DNA of 64,000 bases, from the NCBI GenBank assembly GCA_050950825.1, contig JBMNIH010000006.1:1-64000 (forward strand), read 5' to 3'. The translations under genes were made by a program, and so were the position numbers. This document shows, in pieces, positions 59,601 through 64,000 of this stretch (the first letter of the stretch is position 1; each line of letters opens with the position of its first letter). This DNA is from Clostridia bacterium. Its GTDB lineage: Bacteria; Bacillota; Clostridia; JAAYHZ01. A model generated the notes under the pieces. That model searched no databases and was not told where the DNA came from. It saw only the letters and a program-made list of their open reading frames with translations.

Positions 59601-60263
59601 TTGAATACCATCAATACGATTTTATTTGATTTGGACGGAACGCTTTTGGACACCTTGGAGGATTTGGCGGACAGTATGAATTACGCGCTGAAATTTTTAC
59701 GCTATCCCGAATTGTCCATTGACCAAGTGCGAAGGTTCGTAGGAAACGGGGTGGGTCGATTGGTAGAGCTTTCTTTGCCGGACGGGAAGAGCAATCCCGA
59801 TTACGAGACATGCTTAAACCTTTTCCGGGACCATTACAACAAGAACATGAAGAACAAAACGAAGCCCTACGAAGGGATCACGGAATTGCTGGAAAAGCTG
59901 TACGGCAAATACCGGATGGCGATCGTATCCAATAAATTCGATAAAGCGGTAAAAGACCTTGCGAAAACCTATTTTCATCCCTTTATCACCGTCGCCATCG
60001 GGGAGTCGGAAGCCATAAAGAAAAAGCCGGCTCCGGATATGGTTCAAAAAGCCTTGGAGGAATTGGGTGCAAAAAAAGAGGAGGCCGTTTATGTAGGGGA
60101 CTCGGAGGTGGACGTGAAAACTTCGTCCAATGCCGGACTGAGGTTTATCGGAGTTTCTTGGGGATTTCGTGAGCCTAAAATTCTTCGCGATCTGGGTGCC
60201 GTAACGGTCATAGACAAGCCCGAGGAGCTTTTGCGTTTAATAGAAAAATTTGAAAATATCTAA
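59601..60263 (+). CDS. HAD-family phosphatase (phosphoglycolate phosphatase-like)
   Basis: FDLDGTL, SNK, KKPAP and VGDSEVD motifs; TTG start after GGGAGG. Confidence 0.9.
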   Translation: MNTINTILFDLDGTLLDTLEDLADSMNYALKFLRYPELSIDQVRRFVGNGVGRLVELSLPDGKSNPDYETCLNLFRDHYNKNMKNKTKPYEGITELLEKLYGKYRMAIVSNKFDKAVKDLAKTYFHPFITVAIGESEAIKKKPAPDMVQKALEELGAKKEEAVYVGDSEVDVKTSSNAGLRFIGVSWGFREPKILRDLGAVTVIDKPEELLRLIEKFENI

Positions 60264-60271
60264 TTTATGTG

Positions 60272-60314
60272 TTGACAAGAGAATAGAGAAATTATAAAAT
60301 TAGAATTAATCTAA
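60272..60314 (+). promoter_or_regulatory. Sigma-A promoter with an adjacent PerR/Fur-box-like operator
   Basis: TTGACA-17-TAAAAT followed by TTAGAATTAATCTAA (7-1-7). Confidence 0.65.
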
Positions 60315-60349
60315 ATTGAAATTTTTGATAGGCGGGTTTCGAAAAGAAA

Positions 60350-60763
60350 ATGAATGAAATTATAATAGAATTGACAAAAAACAATATAAAGCCGTCTATT
60401 CATCGGATAAAAATACTGGAGTATCTTCGGGACAATCGAACTCACCCGACAGTAGACGAGATCTATTTGAATTTGAAAGAAGGATGTCCTACGCTGTCGA
60501 GAGCGACGGTGTATAACACGCTGAGTCTTTTTGTGCAATCGGGAATCGTAAGACCCTTGACCATCGAAGACAGGGAGATTCGATACGATTACAATACGGA
60601 AGATCACGGCCATTTCAAGTGTGAGCAATGCGGTTTTTTAAGCGATTTTGAAGTCAACGTGGCTCAATTGAAGTATGAGGGCTTGGAACACCACGAGATC
60701 ACGAACAAGGATGTGTATTTTAGAGGCGTTTGTAACAAATGCCTTGGGAATAAAAAATCATAA
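60350..60763 (+). CDS. perR: Fur-family repressor, PerR-like
   Basis: HPTVDEIY, ATVYNTL, HGHFKCEQC and CNKC motifs; heads an oxidative-stress operon. Confidence 0.85.
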   Translation: MNEIIIELTKNNIKPSIHRIKILEYLRDNRTHPTVDEIYLNLKEGCPTLSRATVYNTLSLFVQSGIVRPLTIEDREIRYDYNTEDHGHFKCEQCGFLSDFEVNVAQLKYEGLEHHEITNKDVYFRGVCNKCLGNKKS

Positions 60764-60784
60764 GTCATGAAGGAGGATTTGAAA

Positions 60785-61174
60785 ATGGCAAAGGCACAAC
60801 AAAGGTTTTTCATTTGTGAAACCTGTGGAAACATGGTAGGTTTAATTAAAGATTCCGGATCACCTCTTGTTTGCTGCGGCAAAGAAATGAAAGAGATGGT
60901 ACCCAATACCGTAGACGCTTCGAAGGAAAAACATGTTCCCGTAATTTCGGTAGACGGCAATGTCGTAACGGTAACCATCGGCTCGGCTCCCCATCCCATG
61001 ATTGACGCTCACTACATCGAGTGGGTGTATATTCAAACGGAAAAAGGCGGTCAGCGTAAAAACTTATATCCCAATGACAAACCGGAGGCAACCTTTATCC
61101 TCACGGATGACGACAAACTGATTGCGGCGTTTGAATACTGCAATCTGCATGGACTGTGGAAAGCATCGGTTTAA
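60785..61174 (+). CDS. dfx: Desulfoferrodoxin (superoxide reductase)
   Basis: CETCGN..CCG, EKHVP, HPM, HYIEW and CNLHGLW motifs. Confidence 0.93.
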   Translation: MAKAQQRFFICETCGNMVGLIKDSGSPLVCCGKEMKEMVPNTVDASKEKHVPVISVDGNVVTVTIGSAPHPMIDAHYIEWVYIQTEKGGQRKNLYPNDKPEATFILTDDDKLIAAFEYCNLHGLWKASV

Positions 61175-61210
61175 ACCGATCATATATTCAAAGAAAAGGA
61201 GAGTAATTGA

Positions 61211-61870
61211 ATGAAGTATCGTTGTACCATATGCGGATATATTCACACCGGAGATTTGCCGGAAGGCTTTGTATGTCCTAAATGCAAAGCACCGGCTTCC
61301 AAGTTTGCTCCGATTGTTGAAAACGAAAAGAAGGCCAATCGCTATGCCGGCACAAAAACCGAACAAAACTTAAGAGATGCTTTTGCAGGGGAAAGCCAAG
61401 CCCGCAATAAATATACCTACTTTGCGGAAATTGCACAAAGAGAAGGCTATGAGCAATTGGCGGAAATCTTTTTAAAGACGGCAAGAAACGAGCAGGAGCA
61501 TGCCCGTCTCTGGTTTGATGAGTTAGGCGGAATCGGTGATACCGCACAAAATCTTAAGGAAGCCGCAGCCGGCGAACACTATGAATGGACCGAAATGTAT
61601 GCCGACTTCGCAAAAATAGCGGAAGAAGAAGGTTTTCCCGATTTGGCGGCAAAATTCCGTAAGGTTGCGGATATTGAAAAATCCCACGAAGAACGTTATC
61701 TCAAGCTTTTAAACAACGTGGAAACAAAACGAGTTTTCAATAAAGACGAAGAATCCGTGTGGGAATGCCGTATATGCGGAAACCTGGTCGTTGGCAAGCA
61801 TGCTCCGAATGTTTGCCCGGTATGCAAATACGCCCAAAGCTTCTTTGAATTGCGGAAAGAAAACTATTAA
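61211..61870 (+). CDS. rbr: Rubrerythrin with an extra N-terminal rubredoxin-like domain
   Basis: CTICG..CPKC, then [31 protein letters not shown]. Confidence 0.9.
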   Translation: MKYRCTICGYIHTGDLPEGFVCPKCKAPASKFAPIVENEKKANRYAGTKTEQNLRDAFAGESQARNKYTYFAEIAQREGYEQLAEIFLKTARNEQEHARLWFDELGGIGDTAQNLKEAAAGEHYEWTEMYADFAKIAEEEGFPDLAAKFRKVADIEKSHEERYLKLLNNVETKRVFNKDEESVWECRICGNLVVGKHAPNVCPVCKYAQSFFELRKENY

Positions 61871-61917
61871 TAAGAATTCACTCTATCAATAAAGTTTAGT
61901 TCCCAAAACCCTGATCT

Positions 61918-61950
61918 TAGGCAGACGAGAAAATGTCTGCCTATTATTTT
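61918..61950 (+). terminator. Rho-independent terminator
   Basis: TAGGCAGAC..GTCTGCCTA followed by a T-rich tract. Confidence 0.7.
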
Positions 61951-62048
61951 TATTTCTTCATAATGTCCCGATCCTTTTGTTGTCTTTATATCCCTGCCGT
62001 GATAAAATTCGGATAAAATATAATACCGTTTTTCCGGAGGTTACCAAG

Positions 62049-62438
62049 ATGACGAAAAGAACATTTATGACGGAAAAAGGCCCTCGATCGGTAGGACCCT
62101 ATTCCACGGCCACGATATACAACGGTTTTGTGTTTGTTTCCGGTATGGGACCCATTGATCCGAACACAAACAAGGTGATCGCTTCTTCCGTAGAAGAACA
62201 AGCAAGGACCATGTTTACCAACGTAAAAACCGTTTTGGAAGAGTTAGGCTCCTCCATGAACGACGTGCTAAAGGTTACCTTGTATTTAAAAGACATCCAA
62301 GATTTTGCCTTGGTCAACCAAATATACAAAGAATTTTTCGATAAGGATTACCCGGCTCGAACCACCCTGCAAGCCGGCAAGCTTCCTTTGGATTTTTCCA
62401 TGGAAGTAGACGTTATTGCGGCATATAAAGAAAAGTAA
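62049..62438 (+). CDS. RidA/YjgF/UK114 family deaminase
   Basis: GPYS, VSG, N..Y..FF...PART and EVD motifs. Confidence 0.9.
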   Translation: MTKRTFMTEKGPRSVGPYSTATIYNGFVFVSGMGPIDPNTNKVIASSVEEQARTMFTNVKTVLEELGSSMNDVLKVTLYLKDIQDFALVNQIYKEFFDKDYPARTTLQAGKLPLDFSMEVDVIAAYKEK

Positions 62439-62526
62439 AGACGATTTTTACTCATGTCGAAGGTTTATATGAAAGGCGGTGAAACGCCCGGTTTTTATAC
62501 CTTAAGCGTGAGAAGCCGGGTAAACG

Positions 62527-64000
62527 GTGAAGGCAACAACACGAGTTATATTCCTTTCGGTTTTCTTGATCTTGTTATTCGCCCCCGGGCTCGTGAATGC
62601 GGACCGAGGGCTGACGGTAACGATTCTTCCCGGAGATGCTTACTCCTTGGATGTGAAATTGACGTCTATCGGAAAATCCTATGTCTTAAAAGGAGAATGC
62701 GAAAATCCGGAAGCTTTGCAATGCTTTGTACAATGGATGAAAGACGAATCTTTAATTCGTAAGGACGTCTATGTTCCTGATAACGGATCCTTGTATTGGG
62801 CGGTTTACGCACCGGCAAATGCGAACATTGGCGTTGTGGAAATCCGAAACACGGCAAAGGAAAAGCTCGTCATTAAGGACTTTTCCTTTTCACAAGAAGT
62901 AGTCAGCGCATCCGGAGAAATAAAAGAGGTATCGGAAATCGAAGATATTTGCGAACCCTTAGACCCAAAAGAATATTGGAGCTTGTTTCCTCCTTTGCCT
63001 TTACCGCATCAGGGTCGAATCATACAAATGCATCCGATTTTCAACCGATTTTTCGAATTCGGGTTCATCAATACGGCGGAATTCGGAATGGACATCGCAC
63101 GGAAAACCGATGAAATGATGAACGTGCCCGTAAAAAACGATATGTTAGGAATGCCGGTAGAAAAAGACCTTCCCGATATCATTGCGGGGGACATTCGATA
63201 CAACCCCTATATGAAAGGGCATTCCACCTACAGCACGAAATACTACCCTCGCAGAATGCAAGACTATATCGAATCTTACTTTCTCCCCGCGTATATCCTG
63301 TCCGAGGATCCGAAATATTTGGCGCGGATGGAAGAACTGCTGGCATTTCTTCAATACTCCCAATGGAAAGAAGACGGAAGCAACGATTTTGTGAAAGAAG
63401 TTTTTCCGGAATATAACGCGCTTCACCCGGAATGGTACGGCGGATTTGACTATTTGTTCGATTGGGAATGGTTGGACGCCTATCGATATTTGTGGAGGCT
63501 TCACGAATCGGACCACCATGTCAGCTCCATCATTGCCGGCACGTTCATTACAGGCTATGAGCTTACCGGAAAGGAATCGTATTTTCAAACCGCTTTTGAT
63601 TTTGTATACAATCAGTTTCCGCGATACGGTTTTCATAAGGGAAAATACAAAGACCATGTCTACTATTGGACGGAATACAATCCTACCGGTTTGTCCATAG
63701 GCAATCCCGTAAACGATGCGACGGACAACATCAACGCGTTGACGGCATATGCCGCCGCCAAAATCGGCTATCATATCAAGGACCCGGATTTGAAGGCTCG
63801 TTTTTTGGAGCTGGCTCGGGGGCTTTTATGGTATTTGGTAAGAGAATACGATTACGACGGCTGGTTTTACTACGACGGTGCGGAAAATCCTCTGAACCCG
63901 AGAAAAGCCGTATCCCACGACACGGTATGCATACGGTACGCTTTTTCCGCCATGGCCTATTTGTACAAAGCCGGAGCGGATATTGACGAGTTGTTGGAAA
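62527..64000 (+). CDS. Secreted hypothetical protein, possibly (alpha/alpha)6 glycosidase-like; partial, runs off the window and is absent from the ORF track
   Basis: By manual translation the frame is open from GTG 62527 (MKATTRVIFLSVFLILLFAPGLVNA, signal-peptide-like) to the window end; contains GYELTGKESYFQTA. Confidence 0.8.
   Translation, partial: MKATTRVIFLSVFLILLFAPGLVNADRGLTVTILPGDAYSLDVKLTSIGKSYVLKGECENPEALQCFVQWMKDESLIRKDVYVPDNGSLYWAVYAPANANIGVVEIRNTAKEKLVIKDFSFSQEVVSASGEIKEVSEIEDICEPLDPKEYWSLFPPLPLPHQGRIIQMHPIFNRFFEFGFINTAEFGMDIARKTDEMMNVPVKNDMLGMPVEKDLPDIIAGDIRYNPYMKGHSTYSTKYYPRRMQDYIESYFLPAYILSEDPKYLARMEELLAFLQYSQWKEDGSNDFVKEVFPEYNALHPEWYGGFDYLFDWEWLDAYRYLWRLHESDHHVSSIIAGTFITGYELTGKESYFQTAFDFVYNQFPRYGFHKGKYKDHVYYWTEYNPTGLSIGNPVNDATDNINALTAYAAAKIGYHIKDPDLKARFLELARGLLWYLVREYDYDGWFYYDGAENPLNPRKAVSHDTVCIRYAFSAMAYLYKAGADIDELLE

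Noticed and set aside
62454-62762. 102-aa ORF from the track
   Set aside because: It overlaps the much longer frame starting at 62527, which has a credible signal peptide.

Overview
Bacterial chromosomal window of about 45% GC. Gene content and GGAGG ribosome-binding sites suggest an anaerobic, probably polysaccharide-degrading member of the Clostridia (inference). It carries housekeeping and metabolic genes (truA, GTP-dependent PEP carboxykinase, M3 oligoendopeptidase, signal peptidase I, a uracil permease with a PyrR-type attenuator, and an orphan mtaB). It also carries two oxidative-stress clusters, two tandem heparinase II/III-like lyase paralogues and a four-repeat beta-helix lipoprotein. 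Insertion sequences are abundant: three copies of an IS1182-like element, an IS3-family element nested in the end of one copy, an ISLre2 element with a 9-bp target site duplication (TSD), and an end-less IS3 fragment that splits an L,D-transpeptidase gene. The most striking observation is a conserved, ~170-nt rod-like hairpin with compensatory base changes. It lies immediately 3' of two unrelated transposase genes, IS3 (2191-2361, +) and ISLre2 (16386-16553, -), and is a candidate structured ncRNA or ssDNA module shared across IS families. All calls come from reading the sequence; no database searches were run.
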